From: Octopus sinensis
Lineage: Eukaryota
DNA: 64,000 nt
Direction of reading: 5' to 3'
Assembly: GCF_006345805.1 (NCBI RefSeq)
Contig: NC_043003.1
Location: 21,700,001-21,764,000 of the forward strand
This document shows positions 1 to 58,289 of this stretch, one piece after another (position 1 is the first letter of the stretch; each line of letters starts with the position of its first letter). Made by a program: the position numbers and the translations under genes. Below the pieces are notes generated by a model, which saw only the letters and a list, made by a program, of their open reading frames with translations, did no database searches and had not been told where the DNA came from.

Positions 1-115
1 AACCAACAGCCATATAGGGTCGCTACAAAAATAAAGAAAGGATAATTTATTAGACTCAATTGGGACTCACAACAGTATAAAACAGCAGATGATGATGATA
101 TATTATTCAACTTAC

Positions 116-45094
<44,979 letters not shown>

Positions 45095-45300
45095 GACAGC
45101 ACGGCGGTGTAGACTGAATAGTTGAAGCTCCAGTCAGATTTTCCGTCGGCAGGTGAAATGCTTTTGTTTATTGTTTTCGTTTTTTTTTTGTTTTGATTTT
45201 TTTTTCCCTTCCTGGTGAGAGAAAAAGAATCTACGATGATAACCAACACTGCTGAGAGATAAATGTCCCGCATATTTATACATGAACAAAATAATATTTT
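45095..45300 (-). promoter_or_regulatory. Probable ABCD3 5' UTR / proximal promoter
   Basis: Repeat-free, locally CpG-enriched sequence directly upstream of the ATG; TSS cannot be placed from sequence. Confidence 0.45.
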
Positions 45301-45627
45301 GGTTTAACAAAGAAGACTACGCAGTCCTGTCACTAACTAGAAATAACGACCAAATCTCACTGTGCAGTCATTGAGTTTCATCCGGGTTCGATCCCGCTAT
45401 ATACCAATTTGGACAACTGTCTATTACCACTATAGCCTCAGGTTAACCAATGTCATCTAAGGGAATTTTGGTAAACAGAAACTGGGCAAGGGTCTCACAC
45501 ACACACACACAAATATTTATTATATAGATAGGGTTTAATTCCAAGCTGTATCCTCTTGAAGCACATCTGCTTATTCCAGTATTCCAAATCCTTATGTAGA
45601 CGTTATATTTGTGTGAGGCATGCATCA

Positions 45628-45858
45628 CTCTTTACTCTTTTACTTGTTTCATTTGACTGCAGCCATGCTGGAGCACCGCCTTTAGTCGAGCAAATCGCCC
45701 CCAGGACTTATTCTTTGTAAGCCTAGTACTTATTCTATCGAGCCCTTTTGCCGAACCACTAAGTTACGGGGACGTAAACACACCAGCATCGGTTGTCAAG
45801 CGATGCTGGGGGTACAAACACAGACACACAAACATATACACGCACATACATATATATA

Positions 45859-45897
<39 letters not shown>

Positions 45898-46053
45898 CAC
45901 ACACACACACACACATATATACGACGGCCTTCTTTCAGTTTCCGTCTACCACATCCACAAGGCTTTGGTCGGCCCAAGGCTATAGTAGAAGACACTTGTC
46001 CCAAGGTGCCACGCAGTGGGACTAAACCCAGAACCATGTGGTTGGTAAGCAAG
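45628..46053 (-). mobile_element. SINE family A
   Basis: Family consensus, reverse. Confidence 0.85.
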
Positions 46054-46411
46054 TTGAAAATTCAGGGAAATACTTTTTACAAAGTAACTATATATCAAAA
46101 CGGGATTAGAAATATTTTTGGTATTTTTTATTCACCATTACACGTATTTCTTTTGCTAATAGGAGTAATAAAGTTGTACATGTAGGAGAAACATGTAAGA
46201 TATCTCCAATTAAAAATTCATCAGACAAAAAATTTTAATAACATTTGATTCTCTGTATTTGACCAATAATGATGAATGAGGGTGAATTAAATGATATATA
46301 TAAATTCTTTATTTATTGAAATTGTCTCCAATTCAAGAGATGGTAAACCAATTGCTTGGTGGCAATTGATACAGAAGAGAGATTCTCGTGAATCAAGAAT
46401 TCTTCAAGACA

Positions 46412-46805
46412 TAGGAGTTGCTATATGGTAAGTAGCTTGCTTACCAACCACATGGTTCCAGGTACAGTCCCACTGCGTGGCACCTTGGGCAAATGTCTTC
46501 TACAATAGCCTTGGGTAAACCAAAGCCTTGTGAGTGGATTTGGTGGACGGAAACTGAAAGAAGCCCATTGTATATATGTATGTGTGTGTTGTTTGTGTGT
46601 CTGTGTTTGTACCCTCACCATCGCTTGACAACCGATGCTGGTGTGTTTACGTCCCCGTAACTTAGCGGTTTGGTGAAAGAAATGATAGAATAAGTACTAG
46701 GCTTATAAAGAATAAGTCCAGGGGTTGATTTGCTCAACTAAAAGGCAGTACTCCAGCATGGCTGCAGTCAAATGACTGAAACAAGTAAAAGACTAAAAGA
46801 GTAAA
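46412..46805 (+). mobile_element. SINE family A
   Basis: Family consensus. Confidence 0.85.
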
Positions 46806-47901
46806 AATTGACGTATCATTAATGAAGAGACAGTCTGACAGAAGACAAGAAGACAGCTGTGGACATGTTTCTACTTCAGTATACACCATCAGCACAGCAG
46901 TCATCTTGCCTTATCTTCAGCAGACAAGACACTTAACCCTTTTACATTTAAACCAGCCATATCCAGCCTGAATATTCTACCTGCCTTATGATCAAACTTG
47001 CCATATTTGGCTTTTCACACTTACCCTACAATGTCATTCTGAAATAAATAATTACATCATTGAAATCACAAAGCTATGAGATAAGGTGTGGTTAATTAAA
47101 AATAATCCTTTCTACTAAAGGCACAAGGCCTGAAATTTTGGGGAAGGGCTAGTCGAATATATCAACCCCAGTATGCAACTGGTACATATTTCATCGACCC
47201 TGAAAAGATAAAAGGCAAAGTTGACCTTGGTAGAATTTGAACTCAGAATGTAAAGGCAAACAAAATGCCACTAAGCATTTTGGCCAGCAGGCTAACAATT
47301 CTGCCAGCTCACCACCTTTTGATTAATTTAAAATAATGATTTCAAATTTTGGCTCACGACCAGCAATTCTGGGGCAGGGGATAAATGGATTACATTGACC
47401 CAATGTTCAACAGGAAGCAGGGTAAGTTGATTATATCGATCCCTCAGTTCAGTTGGTACTTATTTTATTGGCCCCTAAAAGGATGAAAGGCAAAGATGAC
47501 CTTGGTGGAATTGGAACTCAGAATGTAAAGATGGACAAAATGCCACCAGGTATTTTGTCTGGTGTTGTTAATAATTCTGTCAGCTCGCCATTTTTTGATT
47601 ATTTTAAAACAATAATTAATTTAAATTGATTAATTTAAATTTTGATTAATTTAAAACAATAAGCATCATGATTAATTAAAATTTTTATTGATTTAAAACA
47701 GTAAACATCATGATTAATTTAAAACAATAAGCATCATAGTTGGCAGTGTAATCTGAATGCTAAAAGGTTAACATATACAAAAACAGAGAATTTTGAAAAT
47801 GTTTGATCCATGAGATTATCTTACCTTCTTGGGAGTTGATACTGGTTGCCGATAACTGAATGCAGCAAAGATAATTTACAATAATAATTAACACTGCTGA
47901 A

Positions 47902-48185
47902 AGTGGCTGTGTTGTAAGTAGCTTGCTTACAAACCACATGGTTCCAGGTTCAGTCTCACTGCGTGGCACCTTGGACAAGTGTCTTCTACTATAGCCTCAG
48001 GCCAACCAAAGCCTCGTGAGCGGATTTGGTAGACAGAAATTGAAAGAAGCCCGTCGTATATATGTATATATAATATATATGTATGTGTGTGTGTATATGT
48101 TTGTGTGTCTGTGTTACTGTGTTTGTCCCCCCCACAAATTGCTTGACAACCGATGCTGGTGTGTTTATGTCCCCGTAACTTAGTG
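47902..48185 (+). mobile_element. SINE family A (3'-truncated)
   Basis: Family consensus. Confidence 0.8.
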
Positions 48186-48370
48186 GCACAGTAACCTTGC
48201 TGAAGCAGTCCATCCAAAAATTATAGTCAGTTATGTTGACCTCACCTCAGTGTTTTGATATGCATTTAATTGATCTCAGTTTACTGAATGACTAAGTTCA
48301 CCTATGTAGTGAGTTACAAGCATGTAGGAATTTATATTATAAGGCATTAACACTAGTACACACACACATG

Positions 48371-48409
<39 letters not shown>

Positions 48410-48552
48410 ATCATATGACCGACCAGGCTATCAGATGTTGCTACACATCGCTGGTCACAATGCGCTTCGCATTGTTTTAGCCTTCAAATGACGCTACCCC
48501 GCTGGCTAAGCGAGCAGGCCAATATATATATATGTACGTACACACACACACA

Positions 48553-48587
<35 letters not shown>

Positions 48588-49105
48588 GGTGAAATACCCC
48601 GTGTAAAAGCGCATGTGCAATGCCATGTAAAATTCCTTGTGTGGTGTCATAAAAGCACCCAGCACACTCTGTAAAGTGGTTGGCATTTGGAAGGGCATTC
48701 AGCCATAGAAACCATGCCAATTCAGACTGGAGTCTGGTGCATGGTCCAAACCCCACTCCCACCTCCCACAGCTTACCAGCTCTGGTTACACCATCCGACC
48801 CGTGCCAGCAAAGACTAAACAGACATTAAATGATGATGATGGTGATGATATAGTTTGTGTCTTGGGAAGGTCATTACGTCAATAATAATAAACACATGCA
48901 CTGGTTCAATATCACTTCTTTATTGTAAGTCAAATTTCTTAAATATCTTAGGCAGACTTTAAAGAGGGAAAGCATGTCATTGATGATGTCAATGAATCGC
49001 AATGAAAGGCCTTTGACAAACAAGCAACAGATTGATTCTTGAACTAACACATTAAACAAACAATCAGTTAGTCAGTTAGATTGACTAACAATAAAGAAAT
49101 GATAT

Positions 49106-50128
49106 TGTTATGGACCACCTGCCGTCGCTCGGTCGATCGGCGAGAAAGCTCGCCACAGGAACTCGGAGAGGAGAGAGAGACAACAACAACTACAACAGCA
49201 GCCGCAAGAAGAGACACAAAGACAGAGGCAATCGAGAGAGACACAAAGAAGGCAATTGGCTCACATTTAGTTTATATGACTATTAATTGTTACAACATCA
49301 AATACATATCAGATACATTTAAAGAGGACATGTCAAATTAAACAACTCAATACATCATACAGGTATACCACAGATCAAAGCATTTAAACTGTCCGGTAAC
49401 AACACATCAAATTCAATAACAACAGCATTTCAAGAGTACATGTCCAGAGACAACAGTTCTGTTTCAAATCACATTAAAGTTACAGTTCAAAGGACATTAA
49501 AGGCCTAACAGTTCAATGTTCATTACACAGTTCTCTTTTGCCTTAACACAACTCTGTACACAATGTCTTTACACAGTTCACATTGTTCTTTTCACTGTCT
49601 CATTTCTTTTACAGTCTCTTTACATCGATTCTTTTTCCTTCTTTTTCTTCACATATCAATACACAATTCACGTACCTTAGTTCCTACTATAATAGCCAAT
49701 GTCTCATACTGTACCTCATCTCTCTTAGCACCGCTAAATCCAACTTGCTAACCTGCTTGCCCTGAATACCAAATCCTGGCCGCTAAATCCAACCACTCGC
49801 CTTGACTTCCAAATACCGACTGCCAAAACCTCTTGCTCTGTCACTACTCCCAATCTCTCTTAGCACTCACTCTCTCCCTTGTCAGCTCCTCAGATTCCTT
49901 AATCTGTCTTCCTCTTTCACATTCTCTATCATCCTCTCGCTTGTCAGCTCCTCAGATTTCTTTAATCTGTCTTCCTCTTTCACTGTCTCTCACACACTGA
50001 ACTTTAATTCACCTGACAGGGTCGGGGAGCCTCCCCAGAGCTAATTAATCAACCCGCATCTGGCAGAACAATGGATTCATTGCCAAATGTAGGCCGCCGT
50101 CAACTGTTCTTAAGCTGAACCCACAACA
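49106..50128. mobile_element. Solo LTR (1023 bp), Gypsy-like
   Basis: TGTTATGG...CCACAACA termini; 4-bp TSD ATAT (49102-05, 50129-32); internal short direct repeats; free of host SINEs. Confidence 0.75.
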
Positions 50129-50847
50129 ATATTAAACCAGTGTATATGTTTATTATTATTGTTGTAATGATCCTCCCATGACACAAGGTTTGTTTAAACA
50201 CGCAAATTCACATAAAGAATCATGCAAACCAAATACAAAAATGTAGTATACATATCATCATCATCTTCATCACTTGATGTTCACCTTCTATGCTGGCATG
50301 GGTGGGACAGTTTGGTAGGAGCCAGCCAGGCAGAAGCCCGCACCAGACTTCTGTGACTGTTTTGGCAGGCTTTTTACAGCTGGATGCCCTTCCTAACACC
50401 AACCATTCAGCAGAGTGAACTTAGTGCTTTTTATGCGGCACAAGCACAGGCAAGGTCAGTTTTGGCAAGGTTTTTACAGCTGGATGCCCTTCCAAATGCC
50501 AACCACTTTACAGTGTGGGCCAGGTGCTTTTAAGGGTCACCAAGTATTTGCAAGACAAAAGAAACTGCTTTTGAGAGAGGAAGGAACATTGGAGAAGGTA
50601 ATCATGTGTCAGATGATGAAAGGTTATAGTAAGACAGAAATAGGTGTCTTGCTGTAGTGGAGGTACAAGGTTACCCAGTTGGGTGGGGAGGGATCAGGAA
50701 TGAAGACAGAAACAGGTGCACTGCTGCAAAGGAAATACATGGTTACCCAACCTGAGGAAAATGTAGGAGAAGGAGAGAGAGAGAGAGTAGGAGACAGCAG
50801 GATAGAGATGGTGGCAAAGTGCTGGGCATACTCAAAAGGGGCATATA

Positions 50848-50856
<9 letters not shown>

Positions 50857-50880
<24 letters not shown>

Positions 50881-51922
50881 TAATTCATTTATTGGCCACA
50901 AGGGTTAACAAAAATCAATTAAAACATAAAGGGACAAAACACAGGACGAAAGTTACAAAGGATTTTGTCCGTTTGAAAAAAGTTTGTGTTCAAAAGCAGG
51001 ATAACAACGAAATGTAAGTAACAATTAAAACTCCCAATAGGGGGAGCCGCTTCGAAAGGTTACTCGTGGAAAAAACCCATAAAAGCCACGGAAGCCTGGT
51101 CAAAAGAGAGAGCCCCTTTCTCCTTTTATATTTCCTTTTAATTTTTCACTGGTGTATCCTTAGAATTGGTCCATTCATACTGGCCATTCTTGCGACATTC
51201 ACCCACCTTTCAATAAACTTGCTACCAGACAGCACTTCCCTCTCTACTCTCATCTTCCTTTTCAAGTGAAACTTGAAAAAGTTGATGAGACCTTGGCCAA
51301 AAAGGAAAGTGTCTGACCTTAGCACTTTCAAACGGGTCCACCATATCACCTCTTTCCCTACAGCCACTAGGCAAAGGAAAACTGCCTTGCCCTCCTAGTT
51401 AAAGGAGGTCGGCGGGACAATCCTCACTATGGATTCAGCTGATAGCCAGATCCATCCTATATGCAACAGTAGCTGTTCGACATAAACCCATAGTTCAGCA
51501 ATACTTGGGCACTGGACGAGTGCATGCAGAACAGTTTCGTCATCCTGGGCACACCTCGGGCAGGCCCGTCTGACGGCACTTCAGAGTCGGTAGAGTTTAT
51601 CCCGAATAGGCAGAGCCCCTCGGTAGCACTGCCAGGCGAGGAACCTTTGGAAATTATCCATTGGCCCCGGCCCGAAAGTTCTCCCGAACAGACTGTTTAG
51701 CTCGTTATCGTCAACGCCTAGAGTTTCCCCGAGAATGTCGTCACACTTTTCTTCCACTAACCCTCTATAGAACGCTAGAGTGGAACCACTACCAATCACA
51801 TTGCCTGCTTGGTGGAGGGTGGAGAGAGCTTGATGGCACTCAAGGTGCTAAGCACCCTTTCTCGGTCTGCATTTGATCCAAGACTACAACTCTGTCAAAG
51901 AGACGACCTGCGGAAATTCGCA
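50857..51922 (-). mobile_element. 5'-truncated Tx1/L1-like LINE (ORF2 C-terminus + 3' UTR)
   Basis: AWQCYRGALPIRDKL...CPRCAQDDETVLHALVQC (zf-RVT-type CCHC)...IWWTR; in-frame stops; AATAAA then (ATT)n at the 3' end. Confidence 0.85.
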
Positions 51923-53133
51923 TAAAACATAAAGAATATTCCCCTTCTTCAGTTGTACCTGTTACTCTTTTACTCTTTTACTTGTTTCAGTCTGCAGCCA
52001 TGCTGGAGCACCACCTTTAGTCAAGCAAATCGACACCAGGACTTATTCTTTGTAAGCCTAGTACTTATTCTATCGGTCTCTTTTGCCAAACCGCTAAGTT
52101 ACATATATACATCTTTTATCTTTTACTTGTATCAGTCATTAGAGCGTGGTCATGTTGGGGCACTACCTGGAAAAACTTTAGTCAAATAAATTGAACCCAG
52201 TACTTAATTTTTTATGCCTGGAAATTATTCTATTAGTCTCTTTTACAAAGAAGAATATGTTTCAGGGCTTTTCTAATCGTCTTTTTAGATCTCTGTAAAC
52301 TAAGAAAACAAAACATTCATAAATTATTCAAATGAACTGTGGCACCGGATGGTACCTGTTGAATCGTGTGACTGAAAGTTAAGTGTCATTGTCAGTAATA
52401 TTGTTGTGCAGGAGTTTCTAGATGTTGCTGAACCTCAGATCAAACATCATTGAACAGTCTTATGGTCAAATAAATTCCAGCCATGGCTATCCCATCTTTC
52501 TTCAAGGTGTTGCTTATCTCAGTCTGCATTTTCGAATGTGTCCCCATTTTTTTTTTCAAAACAGTAGCATGTAATTTGAAGGCAATTTGCCTGCTGTTGT
52601 TAATCAGTTGATCTATCAAGTAGAACATCTTTTTCTTCATTAGCAATGCTTGAAAGTAAGCCATTGACAAATGAAACATTATCTATGTTGACTGCGGCAA
52701 GTTATAGAAACATGTTATAGAAAACTAGCATTGTCATTAAGCAGAAATTTAGTTACACTCTAGTGAGCTATAAGATTAATTCCCACTGAAGTTGATTAAC
52801 AATTCAATACTTCCTTAATCAATGAATAAATAGCAGTCATGTATTGCAGTTAACTTGATCTACTATTCAGCTCATAAATGTTTAAAAGGAACATTAACCA
52901 CATCATTTTTGCTGTTCTTGGAGGGCCACTAAAGGCCATGGGCACAGCATTTTTCCTCTTGATCTAAATCAGTAAAAATAACTTTTAAAAAAATCATCAT
53001 CATCATCATCACCACCACCACCACCACCATCATCATTATCATTTAATATTCATCTTCCATACGGGCAAGTTTGCTTTAACATGGTTTCTATAGTTGGATA
53101 GCCTTTACAGCATATACATGGTGCTTTTTCAGT

Positions 53134-53460
53134 AGCACCTTGGACAAGTGTCTTCTACTATAGCCTCAGGCCAACCAAAGCCTCGTGAGTGGATTTGGTA
53201 GACGGAAACTGAAAGCAGCTCGTCATATATATGTATGTGTGTGTATATGTTTGTGTGTGTCTGTGTTTGTCCCCCAACATCGCTTGACAACCGATGCTAG
53301 TGTGCTTACGCCTCCATAACTTAGCGGTTCGGCAAAAGGGTGAGATAGAATAAGTACTAGGCTTACAAAGAATAAGTCCTGGGGTTGATTTGCTCGACTA
53401 AAGGCAGTGCTCCAGCATGGCCACAGTCAAATGACTAAAACAAGTAAAAGAGTAAAAGAG
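53134..53460 (+). mobile_element. SINE family A (5'-truncated)
   Basis: Family consensus with AAAAGAGT tail. Confidence 0.8.
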
Positions 53461-53990
53461 CATTTGTTACTTAAATACATGCCTTCCTTTAACTCATTTT
53501 TGTTTAACCTTTTAGTATTTAAACTGACCAGGTTCAGCCTCTCACACCTACCCTAGAATTTTATTCTAAAAGTAAACACTCATGTTATCATGAACCCAAG
53601 TCTATGAGTTAATGCATAATTAATTCAAATTATGAATAAATAAGCGTTACATTTGACAGAACTACCTGAATGGTATGTAAGGTAAGGTAAAGTTACCTTG
53701 TTGAATTATGCTGACTCATAAGGAATGGTTTCCTTGCTTCCATGGCATATAAATTTCCCACCTGGATGGGATGCTGGCCCGTTGCAAGATTACTCATTTT
53801 TGCCAGCTGAGTGAACTGGAGCAATATGAAATGAAGTGTTTTGCTCAAGAACACAATGTACCACCCAGTCCAGGAGTTGAAACCACAATCTTATGATCAT
53901 GAGTCCGAATAATTTAAACATTATTAAACTTACAAATTTATGAATGCCATCAAAATAATAAACTGAAAACAACAAACTGTTATATTTTAA

Positions 53991-54210
53991 TCCTTTCGTT
54001 ACTGTATTTCTATTCAGATGCTCTGTGTTTCTTTCAATTACTTTAAATATAACAAAGAATTTAGTAAAATAATTTAGTTATCATTCAGCTAGTGTTGGGA
54101 ACATAAATTGTGACTAAGGTTTGGTGGAAGATTTTTATTCAAAACTTAGGAAAATAAGACATTTGTACCCAGAGCCAGGGCTGGTTTCAGCTGGGTTGGT
54201 AATGAAAGGG
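53991..54210. mobile_element. piggyBac-type MITE, second family
   Basis: TTAA flanks; TIR TCCTTTCGTTAC / GTAATGAAAGGG; decayed relatives near 35250 and 59585. Confidence 0.75.
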
Positions 54211-54484
54211 TTAATCTTTTTCATTTCATCATGGAAGTAAAACTAAGAAGTAAATTAATTACCACATTCCATATATTCCTTTACACATTGCTACACAAAC
54301 TACCATTGCTCATTAAGTTTGTGTTAATAAAAGTACAGTGCTGGTAGTGTCAAAAGGTTAACTATAATGTACCATCACAACTGCTTGTCTTTCTGTCTGT
54401 CATGTGAACCAGTCAAGTGTTTTTGGTGCCCAAGCAGCTGTATTTTTGTTAACAATTTTTTTACTGCTATTATCTTCTACTTAA

Positions 54485-54753
54485 TAATTTTAATGAAATG
54501 TCAAACGGTTTACATTGCTTTTTGGTGGAGACCTTATAAAATATTTCTTACTCATGACAAAAGATTTTAATATCAGTATTTTATTGTAGTATTAATTATA
54601 AATAGCTGTGAATTATTTCAGTAATTTTGATGAAATGTCAAACAGTTTAAATTGTTTTTAGCTGAGACAATACAAAATATTTCCTCATACATGACAAAAG
54701 ACTTTAATATTATTTTTAAAAGTATTATTACTTATAAACAACTGTGAATTACT
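54485..54753. repeat. ~137-bp two-copy tandem repeat
   Basis: TAATTTT.ATGAAATGTCAAAC...CATGACAAAAGA...CTGTGAATTA twice. Confidence 0.75.
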
Positions 54754-55550
54754 TTTTAGTTTAACAACCCAAATTTTGACCTGGTCTTATGCAAATAACT
54801 TACAAACACATCACATATTGACTGATGATTTACGTCTTATATAACCATACCTTTGTGCTATGTGGTTTTATTTATGTCACAGGTTTCAGCGTGACTTGGT
54901 ACTTTTCGTTATATGAAAGGGATATATATATACATATTACAGTTCAAAGATAAGGTTCCGAACACAAAGCTTTTAACTATTGAAGTAACCACTGTTATAG
55001 GTGGTTTGAATAGAAATGACCTTCAAAGACAGACATAAGCATGTTTTTTTATATTTTTTTCATTCTTTTTTTTCCCCCCTATAACCAGCTTATTACTTTA
55101 TAGAGATAAGCCCACCTAGGCAAGTCATAAGTAAATCTTTCATTGTAATCAAACTAGTTTGGTGGGATGAACCAGACGTTTATTAATGAAAAGTTTGTTC
55201 AGTTCTGTTCAGATGGTGAAAAGAATTGTATTAATGTTGAGTGTCTGTCATGTCAAAGATTTATATTTTGGGTGTTTTAAGAGTACACAGAGAACTGTAA
55301 ATATGTCTATAAAATGTTGCATCACTAAGATTTTAACCAGCTTTTATTAATGAAATTTACTTTTTTTATTTGAAATTACTTTGAACTTTATTGTAATAGG
55401 TAACTCTATGGAATCACCGGAATTAATGAATGTCACACATTCTTCTAGTCTGATGACAAGTGTATATGTGTTTATGTGTGTGAATGTGTGTGCGTGTGTA
55501 TGTGTATGTTATATATACAGATATATATGTATGTATGTATGTATGTGTGT

Positions 55551-56100
55551 CAGGTCACTTTCGAGTGTTACTGGTAACATGTAACCCAGTACAACCTGTT
55601 GCATGGTCAGGTCGTCGGCGACTAAACCAGCAAGCCCACCAAGCTTGCTTGGTGAGGAAGGTGTTTATTGGACACCCTGCGGGATGGAAAACAAAACCCG
55701 TCAAAGGGCGGAGGAACTCCTGAGAATCAACGGCCATCCAATAAATGTTTTAAGGCTGTATCATGTGCGAGGACATAGAAATAATAGGACTGAGTACCCG
55801 ATCGCGCGGTTAAGCCATTGGGAGTGAAGGACTCCTAGCCTTTGTTAGGGCATCCTTCTAGGAGAAGGTAACTCAGGTAACTGGGATAACGCCGACATAA
55901 AACCTGTGGCTCAGTGATTACCGATGATGTTGACTTGTTCTTCTTTTCGGATTATGGCTACTGTTGCTTAGTGAGTGGGACTGACTCAGTGCACAGCCTT
56001 TCCTCACTTTAAAAAAATCTTCTTACACAGGCATAGCACGATAACAACATTGATTAAGCTTCGTGCAATGGCCATACTCGATAACGAGGGGGCAGCCACC
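55551..56100 (+). mobile_element. Unclassified CpG-rich non-autonomous retroposon-like element flanked by (ATGT)n
   Basis: Sharp compositional edges; contains GGGCATCCTTCTAGGAGAAGGTAACTC, resembling the motif in RTE 5' UTR-derived elements. Confidence 0.5.
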
Positions 56101-56127
56101 ATGTATGTATGTATGTATGTATATGTA

Positions 56128-56400
56128 TCTATATCTATTTATATAAAAACTGAGAATGTGTGTCTGTCTGTCTGTATGTGTGCATCACTAAACTCAAGAA
56201 CCACCCAACCAGTTTCATTCAAATTTTACATATGCCTTACTTAGGGTCCATGCAGTGTCATGGGCCAAAGAAATTTTCAACTTCTAGCCTCATGTGAGCC
56301 AGGTGCAATCTCTTATCTCTTACACTATTTCTGTATTACATCTCAAAAGTGAAACAATAACATCTCAATTGTAATGTGAGATAATATCTTCAGTTTTAAT
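56128..56400 (+). mobile_element. Helitron-like non-autonomous element, 5' part
   Basis: TCTAT.TATATAAAA start, (CTGT)n, AACC.GTTTCATTCAAATTTTACA layout; no 3' CTRR end identified. Confidence 0.45.
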
Positions 56401-58012
56401 AGGTTTCACTGTTAATGCTTTCACTTTGTATAAAAAAGAAAAAAAAAATTCCTGCTGGCATGGCTGTGTGATTAAGAAGTTTGCTTCAAAACCATGTTTA
56501 GGGTTTCAGTCCCACTATGAGAATGCTGTCAACTGATGTCCTGTACTATAGCTGCAGGTTGGCCAGTATCTTGTAAGTGAATTTGAGCAAACCTGTTGTA
56601 TCATGATCATCATTTAGCATCCATTTCCAGACAATTTGACTGGAAATGATAAACCAGTGAGCTGTACCAGGCTCATGTCTGGTGTGGCTTGGTTTCTATG
56701 GCTGGATGCCCTTCCTAATGCTAACCACCCGAAGAGTTTAGCAAGTGCCTTTTACATGTCACCAGCAGCACTGTCCATGTCAATGATTTCACTTGGCTTG
56801 ACATGTCTTTTAAAGCAAAGCAGATTGCCAAAGGTCTCAATCACTTGTCATTGCTTCCTTAAGACTCAAAATCTGAAGATTATGTTTCACCACCTCGTTC
56901 CATGTCTTTCTAGATCTACTTTCTTCCACAGGCTCCCCATGCATATATGCATGTATGGACAGATGTATATATGTATGTGTGCATGTGTATAAGTGCGTTC
57001 ATATACTTCTCATCTTGATGTGCATTTGCTGATTGTAAAACGAAACATCCTCACTGTTCATGCAGGTAGTGTCATTTGCTTGCAGTTCACTATGAAAGCA
57101 AGTCTGCACTTCTTGACATGTTGTACAATCTTCATAAACAAAAGGCTTGTTGGAATGGTGTTGTTTGTTTCTAGTTCTCCACATAACCATGTCCAGGATG
57201 TTTGTTGTTTGATAGACTGGAAGATTATTATATAACTTGGAAACAGGTGAGGGTTGGTACCAAGGAGAGCATCCAGCTGTAGAAAATTCTATCACACACT
57301 TATTGCAAAGGTCCTTCAGTTTTTCTAAGCCCTGTAAAAGAACTCGGAAGATTAGGCCTCCAACCAGGCTTTTCACAATGCCCTTAAAGCCAGGAACTGT
57401 TCAGTACCCCCTAGTATATACTCTAAGTTCTTGTGAATTTTATGACCACACACACACGTCTGGTCATGCATATTGTTGTGTGGACGCCCCCAGATGATGA
57501 AGTAGGCTAGCCCAATACGTAGATATAGAGGGAGAAGTCTAGACGAGTTGAGTTGAGTAGAAGTCATCCAAACGTGCAACATAACACATATCAATGTACT
57601 TTTAGTTCTTGTAGATAGTGAATCAAATCAACTCCTATATACATGTCTTTAACTTGTCCCTTCCCATCACATTTTCCTACCCACTTCCTCTGCAAAATTT
57701 TAGAAATTTTTATATATTTCTAACTAAGATTCTTTTCATCACAAACTTCTATTATATTTTATCTTTTACTTGTTTCAGTCATCGGACTAGTCATCTTGGA
57801 GCACCACCTTGAAGGGTTTAGTTGAACAAATCAACTCCAGAACCTACTTCTTAAGCCTGGTATTTATTCTATCAGTTTCTTTTACCAAGCCTCCAAGTTA
57901 TGGGGGACATAAACAAACCAAAACAGGTTGTCAAGGTGCTGTTGAGTAAAAACCCCAAAAAAATACACATGTATGTAGGTATACACACACATCATATATA
58001 TATATATATATA

Positions 58013-58058
<46 letters not shown>

Positions 58059-58120
58059 AAATGGTAAGACAACAAAAGAAAGAAAGAGACCTCGATATTA
58101 TGTAAATAGAGGAATTTATC

Positions 58121-58211
58121 TGTAAATGTAATATGTGACAATTATTCGGTAGCCATGATAAAACTTGGTTTTATCATGGCTACCGAATAATTGTCACATA
58201 TTACATTTACA
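58121..58211. repeat. Perfect 44-bp inverted repeat with 3-nt spacer
   Basis: TGTAAATGTAATATGTGACAATTATTCGGTAGCCATGATAAAAC-TTG-exact reverse complement. Confidence 0.97.
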
Positions 58212-58289
58212 TATATATATACACACACACATACATACATACACACACAGAATCACAATTTATAAGACTTCATTATCCTGTATTATCAT

